A stretch of DNA of 64,000 nt from a virus (Duplodnaviria; Heunggongvirae; Uroviricota; Caudoviricetes), in the IMG/VR virus record IMGVR_UViG_3300045988_152430; one strand, written 5' to 3'. Shown piece by piece: positions 1 through 9,423 of the stretch; position 1 is the stretch's first letter, and the number at the start of each line of letters is the position of its first letter. The position numbers and the translations under genes were made by a program. The notes beneath the pieces were generated by a model that was not told the DNA's origin, made no database searches, and saw nothing but the letters and a program-made list of their open reading frames with translations.

Positions 1-305
1 CCTATTTCATTAGCAGCCGCCTTGATGGCGGCATAAAAAGCATCTTGCTGATCGTAACGCTGAATCTGTTTTTTCAGTTTTGCCTCCACCAATTTAATTT
101 CATTACGTGCTTTCTGAAGCCGCAGCGCCGCCCGGTTACGTCTGTTCTTGTATAGCGCGTTAATCTCTGATAATTGCTTTAATTTACCAGCCTGACTGCG
201 GATTATCGCCTCTCTGACTTCTGCCGTGCGTCTCATCTGATCTCTTAAGAGTTCACCGTTTTCGATAATTCTTTCAAGGTGTTTGATGTGATCTGCAACT
301 CTCAT
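1..305 (-). CDS. Partial CDS (5' part only; gene runs off the window start), coiled-coil-like hypothetical protein
   Basis: Minus-strand reading frame open from ATG at 305 to the window edge (MRVADHIKHLERIIENGELL...); the ATG overlaps the stop of the upstream gene (ATGA), suggesting translational coupling. Confidence 0.4.
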   Translation of the reverse strand, partial: MRVADHIKHLERIIENGELLRDQMRRTAEVREAIIRSQAGKLKQLSEINALYKNRRNRAALRLQKARNEIKLVEAKLKKQIQRYDQQDAFYAAIKAAANEI

Positions 306-1234
306 ACTTCACCCTCGCTTGTATCGCCAGCATCCACCAGCGGCAATAAAGCCCTGGCCATCTTATGAACCAATAGTGCATCAATAATGCCAAGCGTATG
401 CCCCGGCTTAATGTTTAATGCCGCCTCAAGGTGACACCTTTCCAGGCCACTTTTCTCGGCTTGTTTATGATGATCTGGTGTAATAACGTCGCCCAAAACA
501 CGGCTAATTCTTTCTCGTAATTGCTGGGTGCCAGCACACTTGATCGCTGTATCGTGGAGACGGTTAACCAGTTCGCGATAAACATGCGGCTTAATTCGGA
601 TACGTTCACCGGTGACGCCCTTTCCTGGTGCTGGCACCGAACTATCCGGAATATCCGGATAGTTGCCAGCCTCGTAAGCTACCCGCAGCCAGTGCATGAA
701 TGTTTCAGTGGACACACAACCACAGTCCACATCGATTTTCCCGCGTTGCTGTTCCAGCCATTGCCCAAAATCCAACCTGTAAGTCTTACTTTCAAGTTCA
801 TCACCATTGAACTCGACTTTCTGCGACGCTATGAGAGCTGATTCGTATTGTTCGCGAGTGACAACTGACTGGTATTCATCGCTATCAAGGTCACCAATTG
901 GAAGCTCAATCTCACAACAAAAATTGCGCCCAAAGAAAGTGTCTTTTTTGTGGTCTGAGCCAAAAGCAAAAGTCGCGCATGGTGCCATTAAATTGACACT
1001 GGGTAGGTAACAATAACTCATTCCATCAGGCCACCCGCCGCACTTAGGCAGTTCCTTCACTAACAAGTCGATAAACTTCATTTTTTTATCATCTTTGCAA
1101 GCCGCCAAAGCCATTTGGGCAAGTGCCAATACTTCATCTGCCGTATATCCAGCACCGTGACCATACATTTCGATACGGGAAATAATCTCTGATATACGCT
1201 CTTCAGTGATTCTGGTCATTTCTTTTTGCGCCAT
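302..1234 (-). CDS. Hypothetical phage early-region protein (310 aa)
   Basis: Long ORF in track, co-directional with neighbouring genes; no motif recognised. Confidence 0.6.
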   Translation of the reverse strand: MAQKEMTRITEERISEIISRIEMYGHGAGYTADEVLALAQMALAACKDDKKMKFIDLLVKELPKCGGWPDGMSYCYLPSVNLMAPCATFAFGSDHKKDTFFGRNFCCEIELPIGDLDSDEYQSVVTREQYESALIASQKVEFNGDELESKTYRLDFGQWLEQQRGKIDVDCGCVSTETFMHWLRVAYEAGNYPDIPDSSVPAPGKGVTGERIRIKPHVYRELVNRLHDTAIKCAGTQQLRERISRVLGDVITPDHHKQAEKSGLERCHLEAALNIKPGHTLGIIDALLVHKMARALLPLVDAGDTSEGEV

Positions 1235-1590
1235 TTCTTTTCACATTCCTTAGTCCATTTTTCAATGTTCATTTTGGCAATATCAGTCATTCCATCACCT
1301 AAGAAATACTTTCTCCGGTACGTCTTGCACTTAAACCACACTACAACAGCCACCAGCCAGAAAATAAAAGGCCATACAGCAATACCAACTCCAGCCGCGA
1401 TAAAGCCCAATAGCCATAAATGAAGCTCTCCAACTTCTGTTTGCGGCAATATTCTTAAAGAATTAAGCAGCAGACTGAAGGAATAGTCGTATGCATTGGC
1501 GGTATAAGACATGCAATCCATATAATTAAAGTCATAGCCTGCGGCTGCCGCCCATAATGGGCGGTCAAGAAAATGTTTTAGTGTCATCAT
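1216..1590 (-). CDS. Small membrane protein (124 aa)
   Basis: ORF in track; hydrophobic helix LWLLGFIAAGVGIAVWPFIFWLVAVVVWF and basic C-terminus. Confidence 0.5.
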   Translation of the reverse strand: MMTLKHFLDRPLWAAAAGYDFNYMDCMSYTANAYDYSFSLLLNSLRILPQTEVGELHLWLLGFIAAGVGIAVWPFIFWLVAVVVWFKCKTYRRKYFLGDGMTDIAKMNIEKWTKECEKKWRKKK

Positions 1591-1596
1591 ATAAAT

Positions 1597-1986
1597 TTAA
1601 GGTTCAGACCAGTTATCTTCAATAGCAATGCTTAATCTTTGTAGCCATTCTGCTAATTTCAGCATTGCTTCTCTTTCGCTTAAACCACGAGGAAAATCAT
1701 CAAGCGAAATTGTTGGCTTGAAGCCCCCGTAATTATCTATTTCAACAGTCAGATTTTGCTCCAGCACGGTATTCCTTACGCGGCTATTGTGCCGAAGCAA
1801 ATATACTGAACGTGATTTATTGGTTTTATGGTCAAACTGATATTCGGTAAGTATCATCTGGCTTTTGCCATGACTATTACCTCTCCACATACTTACCTCA
1901 CTTAATAAAACAACTCCATGCGTAGTTGATGATTTTTTCCCACGTAATATAAATCTGCACTCCGGCAGTAAAACCAAAGCCAACAA
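1597..1986 (-). CDS. Hypothetical protein (129 aa)
   Basis: ORF in track, tightly packed in the same operon. Confidence 0.5.
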   Translation of the reverse strand: MLALVLLPECRFILRGKKSSTTHGVVLLSEVSMWRGNSHGKSQMILTEYQFDHKTNKSRSVYLLRHNSRVRNTVLEQNLTVEIDNYGGFKPTISLDDFPRGLSEREAMLKLAEWLQRLSIAIEDNWSEP

Positions 1987-2068
1987 TTGCTGAAAAAATC
2001 AAAACATTTACTTTTGACATTATAAATTTTCTCTCGGTGTCGTAGGTGATAGCACCATAATTGATAAT

Positions 2069-2320
2069 TTAGTGAGTTAGCAGTTCCATTTTTTGGATGA
2101 TTTCCGCATGAGCATCATCGTTATCAACACTTAACTCGTTTAATGCCTCTCGCACTACATCAACTTCTTCTGGTTGGAAGAAGTCATCTCGGTAGTCACC
2201 AAATAGAACCGAAACAAGCCTGCCACCAGCAACATCAAGATTGGCGCTAACAGGTGGCTCTTTGCCATCCTCAAATTCGACTACAAAAGTTATTTTTCCC
2301 ATCGTTACCACCAGCGACAA
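2069..2320 (-). CDS. Hypothetical acidic protein (83 aa)
   Basis: ORF in track; operon context. Confidence 0.45.
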   Translation of the reverse strand: MSLVVTMGKITFVVEFEDGKEPPVSANLDVAGGRLVSVLFGDYRDDFFQPEEVDVVREALNELSVDNDDAHAEIIQKMELLTH

Positions 2321-2384
2321 ATTGAATACAAACCCAGTGCTGCCGCCATCACAATTCCTACCGTGGTGAATGCTTCAGGCCAGC

Positions 2385-3284
2385 TCATTGATTCACCTCC
2401 TGCGGCGGTTCTGGTAGCGGCATCCAGAACAAGGCGTTCCCTAACCACGATAAAGTGCCGTCGCTCAACTCCACGTATTCCCCTTGCACCTGGCCTGCCA
2501 TATACTCGCCGTGCTTTGAATAAATTAAAATCCAATCATCTTGAGCGGGCATTCGCTCACTACAGCTTATCCAACTATCCGGAGTTACCGGAGAGTTGCC
2601 AGCCAGTCTACGCAAAACAGCCTTAACAGCCTCAATACGGTCATCATCGCAATTTTCCAGCGTATCTATGCGGTCGAGCATGATGATGGCGTTATCAATA
2701 TCAGGATTGCCAGTCCACTCATTACCGCGATTGGATTCGGCAGCCTGGTTGCCAGATGCTGGCTGATTGTCGGCTTGGCTATAGCTAACAGCACGGCAGG
2801 CATCCTCTACGTTCTTCACTGCATCTGCGCAGTAGTTATAGCGATTGCATTCCACTAACTTCTGCTTGAGATTTTCAATTGCTTGCGCGACATCATCCTG
2901 TATTTCCGGAACTGGCGGAACGGCTGTCTGCTGCTCTCGAACGTCATTAGTCGCTATCGGTTCTGCTGCCAACTGACTGGCATATTTGTTAATGGTAACG
3001 ATAAGCTCTTGCTCGGCCTCATCCAGACAATCACCGATACCTCGCCTGTCACCGTCAAAATCATCGAAATCGGCACGAATCTTGGCAACCTCCCGGATTG
3101 CGGACAACACTTCACCAGGAATAAGCCGAGAGTTGCCAGATAGTGCATTCTGCTCCAGCGATGCCAGAGCAATTCGTGCCAGTTCTTCCGCTTCTTCTGC
3201 TGGCAGTACAACGTTGCTACCAGGTCCGTATGTTTCGCGCCACTGCCTGATTGTCAGCAGTCGCTCTTTGGTAATAGTGGTCAT
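2385..3284 (-). CDS. Phage protein with C-terminal DUF551-like domain (299 aa)
   Basis: C-terminus WISCSERMPAQDDWILIY...LSWLGNALFWMPLPEPP resembles the DUF551 signature common in enterobacterial prophage early regions (recalled). Confidence 0.6.
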   Translation of the reverse strand: MTTITKERLLTIRQWRETYGPGSNVVLPAEEAEELARIALASLEQNALSGNSRLIPGEVLSAIREVAKIRADFDDFDGDRRGIGDCLDEAEQELIVTINKYASQLAAEPIATNDVREQQTAVPPVPEIQDDVAQAIENLKQKLVECNRYNYCADAVKNVEDACRAVSYSQADNQPASGNQAAESNRGNEWTGNPDIDNAIIMLDRIDTLENCDDDRIEAVKAVLRRLAGNSPVTPDSWISCSERMPAQDDWILIYSKHGEYMAGQVQGEYVELSDGTLSWLGNALFWMPLPEPPQEVNQ

Positions 3285-3294
3285 GTGTTAGTCC

Positions 3295-3600
3295 TTATCC
3301 TGCTGTACTTTCAACTGATGAGGGGAATAAAATCTTTTCATCAAATCCGGCATTCATATCATGAACAGCAACACACCAATCCATTGACGAACGATTATCA
3401 AGAGCCTCCATGATTTCATCCATGCGGCGCAGGTCATACAGGTAAATGCTTTTATCGCCAATGGTGTAAAAACCAATTTTTTTCGGTGATGGGCAGCGAT
3501 CAAGAACGTCCTGTAATTCGCTCAACCATGCTTGTTCTTTTTTTGTCAAAGTTGCCATATCACTCTCCTTTGATGCCAATGCCAGCGGCGCGGGAATCAT
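3295..3600 (-). CDS. Hypothetical protein (101 aa)
   Basis: ORF in track; overlaps start of the next gene by about 40 nt, start may be internal. Confidence 0.45.
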   Translation of the reverse strand: MIPAPLALASKESDMATLTKKEQAWLSELQDVLDRCPSPKKIGFYTIGDKSIYLYDLRRMDEIMEALDNRSSMDWCVAVHDMNAGFDEKILFPSSVESTAG

Positions 3601-4117
3601 CCCATCGCTTTACTTCTTCACGAATTACGTCAATGCATTCTTTCGAATCCATTAGGTAATCTTCATCAAAAAGACGTTCCTGTTCGTTTTCTATCGCAAC
3701 AATGATTGCTTCAACTAACTTTTGTGCCTGAGAACCACTTTCTAACTCTGCTATGCGCTTACTCCCATCAGAGATAACACCTTCGTAATACTCACGCTGC
3801 TCGTTGAGTTTTGATTTTGCTGCTTCCAGCTCAACGCGCAACTTCCCTACCGTTAGTGCAATATCCTCGTTCTCCTGGTCGCGGGATTTGATGTATTGCT
3901 GGTTCCTTTCCCGTTCATCCAGTAGTGCCAAAGCAATCTTTGGATTAAAGGCAGCAATAAATTCAGCGTTGTTTTTCAGAACGTGTTGCGCAATGGCCTG
4001 ACTACTTAGTCGGACCTCATAACCACGTGCGCCACGGTGTGGTTTATATGAGTCCCAGTCTCCCCACGTTGCCTTCTCTGCCGCCTCACGCAGTGCCTGA
4101 TAGTCAATCTTGTTCAT
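3560..4117 (-). CDS. Ead/Ea22-like phage protein (185 aa)
   Basis: N-terminus MNKIDYQALREAAEKATWGDW matches the Ead/Ea22-type N-terminal signature (recalled); central coiled coil. Confidence 0.6.
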   Translation of the reverse strand: MNKIDYQALREAAEKATWGDWDSYKPHRGARGYEVRLSSQAIAQHVLKNNAEFIAAFNPKIALALLDERERNQQYIKSRDQENEDIALTVGKLRVELEAAKSKLNEQREYYEGVISDGSKRIAELESGSQAQKLVEAIIVAIENEQERLFDEDYLMDSKECIDVIREEVKRWDDSRAAGIGIKGE

Positions 4118-4118
4118 G

Positions 4119-4418
4119 TCACATCACCCTGAATCCGTTGCATTTACGTAAGAAATCGCAGATATAGCCCTTCATTTTTTCATGCCAATCTCGATCATTC
4201 CCATTGCACCAACCATCAGGTGGAGTCCAGTTTTCTATCAGAGCAGCCATTTTCTTTGCTTTCGCCGGAGTAGCTGTTGCGGTATCGCAGTAATGACGAG
4301 TGTCAACCAACGCATCCATACCATCGATATCAAGTACGCAAAACCATGTGTGATTCGGAATTCCTACAGGTGGTATTTGTTGCCCACGTCGACGTTTATC
4401 AATAAGATATACACTCAC
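4119..4418 (-). CDS. Hypothetical protein (about 99 aa; GTG start overlapping upstream stop)
   Basis: Track ORF 4119..4451; AGGAGG then GTG about 6 nt downstream, the GTG overlapping the TGA of the upstream gene (GTGA), suggests start near 4418. Confidence 0.45.
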   Translation of the reverse strand: MSVYLIDKRRRGQQIPPVGIPNHTWFCVLDIDGMDALVDTRHYCDTATATPAKAKKMAALIENWTPPDGWCNGNDRDWHEKMKGYICDFLRKCNGFRVM

Positions 4419-5140
4419 TGCTTGCCTCCTTTGCGAATCTGTTCCGCCCATTCTTCAAGGGATTTCTCCGCATATTCACCGGACAGGCCATCAATCGGAT
4501 GCGGTTCATTAGCCAACTCTTCTTTCGCTGACAAAATCATGCGTGTAACGTCGAAAACTTCACGCAAAGATTTATTGATAAATCCGTGATTGAACGCAGC
4601 AGCAAGACGGCTGGCGGTATAGTTAATCCCCTCGTTGCGTGCTTCCGCACGAATTTCAGCCAGAAAAGCATCGGTGGCTGAAATATTTCCTGTTGCCTTC
4701 ATGGCCCCCAAAATAACCAGAACGCCATCTCGCCCAACCTCCTCAGCGATAACCTCGGTGTTGTCGCCAACAACATCGCAGAATGCCTGAACTGCCTTAC
4801 GAGCCAGCTCATTCTCCGCCGCCAGCGCCGCGCACTTGGCCTCAAGAGCGGCAACCACTTCCTGATGGTCTTTGTACTTAACGTATGAGCCGGAGATGTC
4901 ATCACCTTCGGTGTTTAGCCATGCGTCATTGCAATTCACTGCGTAGGTTCTGATGCTCATGTTGATGCTCTCCCCCCCCTGACAGACGCTAGGCCAGTCA
5001 ATAAAGTATCCGCAATGCCTACCCTCAGACGTGCGCGCAGGATAAATGCCGTTATGACCCGGCAAAATATATGCTACCCATTCATCTTGCGTTGCCTGTT
5101 TCGCCGCCTCGCGCAGTTCTTTATAGTTAATTTCGCTCAC
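4415..5140 (-). CDS. Ead/Ea22-like phage protein paralogue (241 aa)
   Basis: N-terminus MSEINYKELREAAKQATQDEW paralogous to the 3560..4117 product; C-terminus QIRKGGKQ echoed by the next gene. Confidence 0.6.
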   Translation of the reverse strand: MSEINYKELREAAKQATQDEWVAYILPGHNGIYPARTSEGRHCGYFIDWPSVCQGGESINMSIRTYAVNCNDAWLNTEGDDISGSYVKYKDHQEVVAALEAKCAALAAENELARKAVQAFCDVVGDNTEVIAEEVGRDGVLVILGAMKATGNISATDAFLAEIRAEARNEGINYTASRLAAAFNHGFINKSLREVFDVTRMILSAKEELANEPHPIDGLSGEYAEKSLEEWAEQIRKGGKQ

Positions 5141-5376
5141 TGGTTGCCTCCTTTACGGATCTGCGCTGCGATGCGCGAAAAAAAAGACTCCCGCGTATGA
5201 CTGTTAAGAGCTGGCGCGAACGCTGCGTTAAGAACAGCAGCATCACAGCCGTCATCAATATAGAGCGCAATTTTTTTCTCCAGGCGCGCTTTGGCTTCCT
5301 GCAACTGCATACCCCGGCACGCACGCGGGATATAATCAGCAATTTGAGCGATAGCCTTTTCGTTCTGTTTAAACAT
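5137..5376 (-). CDS. Small hypothetical protein (79 aa)
   Basis: ORF in track; ends ...AAQIRKGGNQ, same C-terminal motif as the 4415..5140 product; ATGA overlap with downstream gene. Confidence 0.4.
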   Translation of the reverse strand: MFKQNEKAIAQIADYIPRACRGMQLQEAKARLEKKIALYIDDGCDAAVLNAAFAPALNSHTRESFFSRIAAQIRKGGNQ

Positions 5377-5572
5377 GCTTCACCTCGATAGGCTTGATGG
5401 TGTCTAACAGCAGTCGGCGGCGCGTATTTTCTGCAAAATGGCGGCGTCCAGTTTCTTTGTGGTAAAACTCGTTTTTGCCGACGACCCACATCCGCTCTGT
5501 TTGGTGCAGTTTTTTTACCTGCGGACCGTCTTTGGTGATCACGGTGCCGGTATGGGTTTTTACGATTGTCAT
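5369..5572 (-). CDS. Small hypothetical protein (67 aa)
   Basis: ORF in track, operon context only. Confidence 0.35.
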   Translation of the reverse strand: MTIVKTHTGTVITKDGPQVKKLHQTERMWVVGKNEFYHKETGRRHFAENTRRRLLLDTIKPIEVKHV

Positions 5573-5655
5573 GCCACTACCTATTCGAACAGATGAACGA
5601 GACAGGCCGATGCTCGTCCACCTGAAAAACTGACGATTTGATGCATACTCACGGT

Positions 5656-6384
5656 TTATTCCTGAATGCGCTTAAACTCGATTACCCACACCCAGGGATT
5701 AGCGTTCCAGCTTTCTTCACCATAGATGGATTCCCACAGACGCTGGAACGCAACCTTGGCCATTGCGAAATCCCCCTTGGGAGTAAGGAATGTTCCCGGG
5801 TGATCAGGAAGCAAACTTCCAGCAGGCGGAACGCCCTCATCCCTTGCATCGCATTCGCTGATATCGTTCAACCGCTCAACGCGCACGTTGGTAATTTCCA
5901 ACAGGATGCGTGATGCCCATCGCGGCATGTGAATTGATGGACGCCACCCACCATCAAACTTTTCATTCACAGTGTGAGGTTTCCAGTCGGCATCATCGGG
6001 TATCGACCATAAACCGTAATCACCAGGCTTTTGCTCACAACTGGCCCGATAAATCCTTGCTGCGTTCTTCTCATCGCCACGACAAAGGTTGTCGTTCCAG
6101 TCCACACTGCAACCATCTTCATTGCCTAATATCGCCCATGTTTCACGAACCCAAATTCGATCGCCGACGATACCAAAGGGGCAATTGAAAACACTGCTTA
6201 CACCATCAGCCCCGTACCACTGAAAACCTGCACCAATTTCCCTAACCATCACTGGTGCTTCTGGACCAACTTCCGCAGGCTGATTTTTCATTATCCGCCG
6301 CGTCTGCGTTTTCCTTCCTTCGAGGATGGCTCGGACCATCTCATCGTTGAAAATCATGCCGCGCTCTTTCACTTCGCCTTTCAT
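5656..6384 (-). CDS. ASCH-like domain protein (242 aa)
   Basis: N-terminal MIFNDEMVRAILEGRKTQTRR and C-terminal VIEFKRI resemble the ASCH fold signature (GRKT..R ... EFK), recalled from YqfB-type proteins. Confidence 0.5.
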   Translation of the reverse strand: MKGEVKERGMIFNDEMVRAILEGRKTQTRRIMKNQPAEVGPEAPVMVREIGAGFQWYGADGVSSVFNCPFGIVGDRIWVRETWAILGNEDGCSVDWNDNLCRGDEKNAARIYRASCEQKPGDYGLWSIPDDADWKPHTVNEKFDGGWRPSIHMPRWASRILLEITNVRVERLNDISECDARDEGVPPAGSLLPDHPGTFLTPKGDFAMAKVAFQRLWESIYGEESWNANPWVWVIEFKRIQE

Positions 6385-6562
6385 GCATCCCCCTTACCCA
6401 TGCGCGACGATGCCGCCAAAAGTGATAGAGAACAGCCAGAAATAGATCGCGGCCATAATGATTTTGAATGCCGTGTTCATATTTTCAGCTCCTGTGATTG
6501 ATTGGATACATGCCGCGCCTTGCGGCATGTTTTTATTTTCACTTTCTCTGTTTTAAAAATCA

Positions 6563-6579
6563 ATATTTATTAGAGCAAT
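6563..6579 (-). promoter_or_regulatory. C1-repressor-type operator (ATTGCTCTAATAAATAT on minus strand)
   Basis: 16/17 match to the asymmetric P1 C1 operator consensus ATTGCTCTAATAAATTT (recalled); sits between two minus-strand gene blocks. Confidence 0.6.
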
Positions 6580-7085
6580 TATTGTTGGTGGAGAAGCGCG
6601 TTTTCATACTCCCTGACCATTAACGTAAGTACGCCGTGACTCCTGAAAACACGCGCCACTTCAATCTTATCTTCCAGCGCGAACGCAATTTTACTTAGAC
6701 CAATTTTCTTCAGGAGATCAATCTTTGCTGGACCGTCATTTCTGTCATCGGTGGCAGGACGCATAGATAGCAAAGGCTCAGCCCCGTTTGTTACGTACTT
6801 CCGCAGCCAGGCTCGTGTTTTATCCCTTGCGATCTCACAGCGCCCGGTTACAAACCAGACCGTGTAAACGTTAAATAACTGGCGCACCATATCAATAACC
6901 GGAGTGATGGGAGTATCGGTGTCACAGGCGAGATTAAACTCGTTCCAGTCCTTTGTTAATGCACCTTTACCTGGTGGCGGAAGCAAATGCAGTCTGTCTT
7001 CAGTTGCCTCTGATATTGTTCCATCAATATCGACTATGACGATATACGGACGTTCCTGGTGTGCATGTTTATTGAAAATACTCAA
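6579..7085 (-). CDS. HAD-superfamily phosphatase-like protein (168 aa)
   Basis: Motif I IVIVDIDGTIS (DxDGT) near N-terminus; size and layout like phage polynucleotide/nucleotide phosphatases. Confidence 0.55.
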   Translation of the reverse strand: MSIFNKHAHQERPYIVIVDIDGTISEATEDRLHLLPPPGKGALTKDWNEFNLACDTDTPITPVIDMVRQLFNVYTVWFVTGRCEIARDKTRAWLRKYVTNGAEPLLSMRPATDDRNDGPAKIDLLKKIGLSKIAFALEDKIEVARVFRSHGVLTLMVREYENALLHQQ

Positions 7086-7157
7086 ATGCCCTCCTCATTG
7101 GACGAAAAAAATGCTGGTGGGCGCACTCCACCAGCATTAAAAGTGACGCTGTAACTA

Positions 7158-8420
7158 TCAGCGGACGTAAATAGTGCCGCCGTTCTCTTTTTCCCATGCA
7201 TCGCTACGTGCATAGCAAACATCGAGAAGTCTTCTTGCCGCTGTTTCCTCTAAACCCAATTCGACAACCAACTGCTCATGACGGCGGGTAACCACATCAA
7301 ACAGGGTATGCAACCCTTTAGTTGCCAGATCATCAATGAATTCCGGTTCGAACGGCAGCTCTGCATCTGCCAACATAACCTCTTGCGCCCACTCAACTCG
7401 ACGGACCAATTCCGGGCGGCGGCTTTCCATCTCTTTACAGATCAATTCATGGAAGAACTCTACCCAACCTTCCGGCTGGAACTCGCGGAAAATTGCCAAC
7501 GGCTGGAAGTTTGGCATCAACCATTCGTTGATTCGGATATCAATGGCATAGCCCATGTCGCAGCAGAACTGATAAGCAAAGTCCAGCTTAGAAACGATAT
7601 AAGGACGCTCGTTATTGAACTCTTTAGGCGATGAGATCCCATAAGCCAGGAGGCGCGGGAAGAAGGAGATTTGCCCTAACGTCGGATGAAGTTTGCTTGC
7701 AGGGAAACGGCGCTCAGTAATGCCATACATTTCCTTCTTGAGCGTCGCAAATTTGGCATTCTCATTAACCAGCGCGGTAACCTCTGCTTTTTTATTAGCA
7801 AATGCCACGCGCGCTTCGCTTGCATCTTTAATAGTTTTTTTGAGCTGTTGGTTAAGGTCGGCGACCTGCTTACGCAGTTCCTGTCGCTCGCTTTTAGCTT
7901 TGTTATAGCGTTTCTCAAGGTTAAAAGGATCAAGTTTCATGATCTCTTTATATTGAGATTTTAGCGTTGAAATCTGTGAGTTCCGCAGTTCAACCATCGC
8001 GGTCATTTCATTGAGTTTTGTTTCCAGCTCAATGCTTATACGTTCGGCATTATCAGCACGCTGGTTGGCGTCATGCGTCGCATTGTCGATCGCGTCCTGT
8101 TGCTGGCGTTTCAAATGTTCAATTTGTAGCTGAAGCTCTTCAATTTCTTTACCCTTCAGACCGAGATCCAACTGCATATTTTCAGCTGCATCTACCAGGG
8201 AGTTATGGCTATCAGCTTCTGCGTTATAAACATCAATAAGCTGTGCGTGAAGCATCTCCGCTGACTGAACCGCATTATCAAAAAAACGCGCTGTGAGGTC
8301 ATCACAACTAACGCGGCGTTGCGCGGCCCGGATGTTCTGGATAATGGCCGGGATACCGGCATTCAGGACGTCAGGGATAGATACATTTTCGATTGATTGG
8401 TTTTGTGCTGAAGTGATCAT
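7158..8420 (-). CDS. Coiled-coil protein with unknown C-terminal domain (420 aa)
   Basis: Long ORF; central heptad-rich segment (ELQLQIEHLKRQQQDAIDNA...), no catalytic motif recognised. Confidence 0.55.
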   Translation of the reverse strand: MITSAQNQSIENVSIPDVLNAGIPAIIQNIRAAQRRVSCDDLTARFFDNAVQSAEMLHAQLIDVYNAEADSHNSLVDAAENMQLDLGLKGKEIEELQLQIEHLKRQQQDAIDNATHDANQRADNAERISIELETKLNEMTAMVELRNSQISTLKSQYKEIMKLDPFNLEKRYNKAKSERQELRKQVADLNQQLKKTIKDASEARVAFANKKAEVTALVNENAKFATLKKEMYGITERRFPASKLHPTLGQISFFPRLLAYGISSPKEFNNERPYIVSKLDFAYQFCCDMGYAIDIRINEWLMPNFQPLAIFREFQPEGWVEFFHELICKEMESRRPELVRRVEWAQEVMLADAELPFEPEFIDDLATKGLHTLFDVVTRRHEQLVVELGLEETAARRLLDVCYARSDAWEKENGGTIYVR

Positions 8421-8421
8421 T

Positions 8422-8640
8422 TCAAAGTTCCGTATTAGCTTGTGCTTCGGTCATTTTTCCTAAGTATGAAGGAGGAAGGACTACGCAATTTGTATCCAGT
8501 CCCTCACCTATGGCAGCCTGTAAAATTCTGGCTAAGGTGAGTCTCTTGTTGCGATACCTGGTGATGACATGCCTGATACCGCCGGTCGGCGTAACAAAGG
8601 CGATCAGCCAGTAGTGATATTTCCGTCGGAATGGCCACAT
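8422..8640 (-). CDS. Small hypothetical protein (72 aa)
   Basis: ORF in track, ATG at 8640 immediately downstream of the operator/hairpin cluster. Confidence 0.4.
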   Translation of the reverse strand: MWPFRRKYHYWLIAFVTPTGGIRHVITRYRNKRLTLARILQAAIGEGLDTNCVVLPPSYLGKMTEAQANTEL

Positions 8641-8654
8641 AGTGCACCTTGTAG

Positions 8655-8671
8655 ATTGCTCTAATAAAAAA
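8655..8671 (+). promoter_or_regulatory. C1-repressor-type operator (ATTGCTCTAATAAAAAA)
   Basis: 14/17 match to C1 operator consensus; paired with an inverted copy 33 bp away. Confidence 0.5.
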
Positions 8672-8703
8672 CGTGATGAGTGTACATCACGTTTTAAAAA
8701 TAT

Positions 8704-8720
8704 GGAATTATTAGAGCAAT
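8704..8720 (-). promoter_or_regulatory. C1-repressor-type operator (ATTGCTCTAATAATTCC on minus strand)
   Basis: 13/17 match; inverted relative to the 8655..8671 copy, the two flanking a perfect 8-bp-stem palindrome (acgtgatg...catcacgt) plus T-run. Confidence 0.5.
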
Positions 8721-8721
8721 A

Positions 8722-9423
8722 TTATTCTGATTCTCGCTCAAAAAATGAGCTGATAAGGGGGAGCCAATCCTCTGACACTTCGCGAGGTCGCGGTTTGCCG
8801 TGGAAAAAGATTATTCGGCAGTCTTTTGGTAATGCCCCATTCCCCCTGGAGTAACGCGCGCTCGCATATTTTGAACCAGGTTCCACAACATCGGCCTTGT
8901 AACTTACAAACCATCCTGGATACAGATCCTGAAATGCTGGTGTATCATCGCCCATAACCTTTCGTAAGAACCCCTGGTCACCCCAGCACTCAGTAGTGAC
9001 ACAACGAGAAATCCAACCTTCCGGATCTTGCCAGAATGAACTCCAGATATGCGCTTTAACACTATTTGGTATCCACAGGGCACCGCTACCACGATATTGT
9101 GGATGGTAAAAATCCCTAAGCATGGTGAAGCTGGTTGGTGGATGCTCTAGGATTGGGCGTATATCACCGGCAATAACCGTGTCCAAATCCAGATAGAACA
9201 GATCATCGGTTATATCCGGTCGGAACAACTCGATTTTCGCCCACCAGCCACGGCACTTTTGCCACTGGTTGATCAATGGGATAACTTTGACGCCAGGTAC
9301 ATGTAAACACTTCAGGTCTGTCAGGCAAATAATTTCATAGTCTTTTGGCAGTTGATTAACCAGCCACTGCACATCGGAAGCGTTATAGTCACCACCAGAG
9401 CGAAGAACTAAAGCAATCTTCAT
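8722..9423 (-). CDS. Glycosyltransferase-like protein with DxD motif (233 aa)
   Basis: [11 protein letters not shown] resembles the GT-A DxD nucleotide-sugar binding motif; otherwise unassigned. Confidence 0.45.
   Translation of the reverse strand: MKIALVLRSGGDYNASDVQWLVNQLPKDYEIICLTDLKCLHVPGVKVIPLINQWQKCRGWWAKIELFRPDITDDLFYLDLDTVIAGDIRPILEHPPTSFTMLRDFYHPQYRGSGALWIPNSVKAHIWSSFWQDPEGWISRCVTTECWGDQGFLRKVMGDDTPAFQDLYPGWFVSYKADVVEPGSKYASARYSRGNGALPKDCRIIFFHGKPRPREVSEDWLPLISSFFERESE

Noticed and set aside
5127-5489. Alternative-frame 120-aa ORF overlapping the 5137..5376 and 5369..5572 genes
   Set aside because: Arg/Lys-rich low-complexity product overlapping two co-directional genes; considered an artefact, although none of the small genes here is strongly supported.
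8642-8854. Plus-strand 70-aa ORF starting on GTG inside the operator/terminator cluster
   Set aside because: It reads straight through both operators and the palindrome and into the opposite-strand gene; the sequence is better explained as regulatory.
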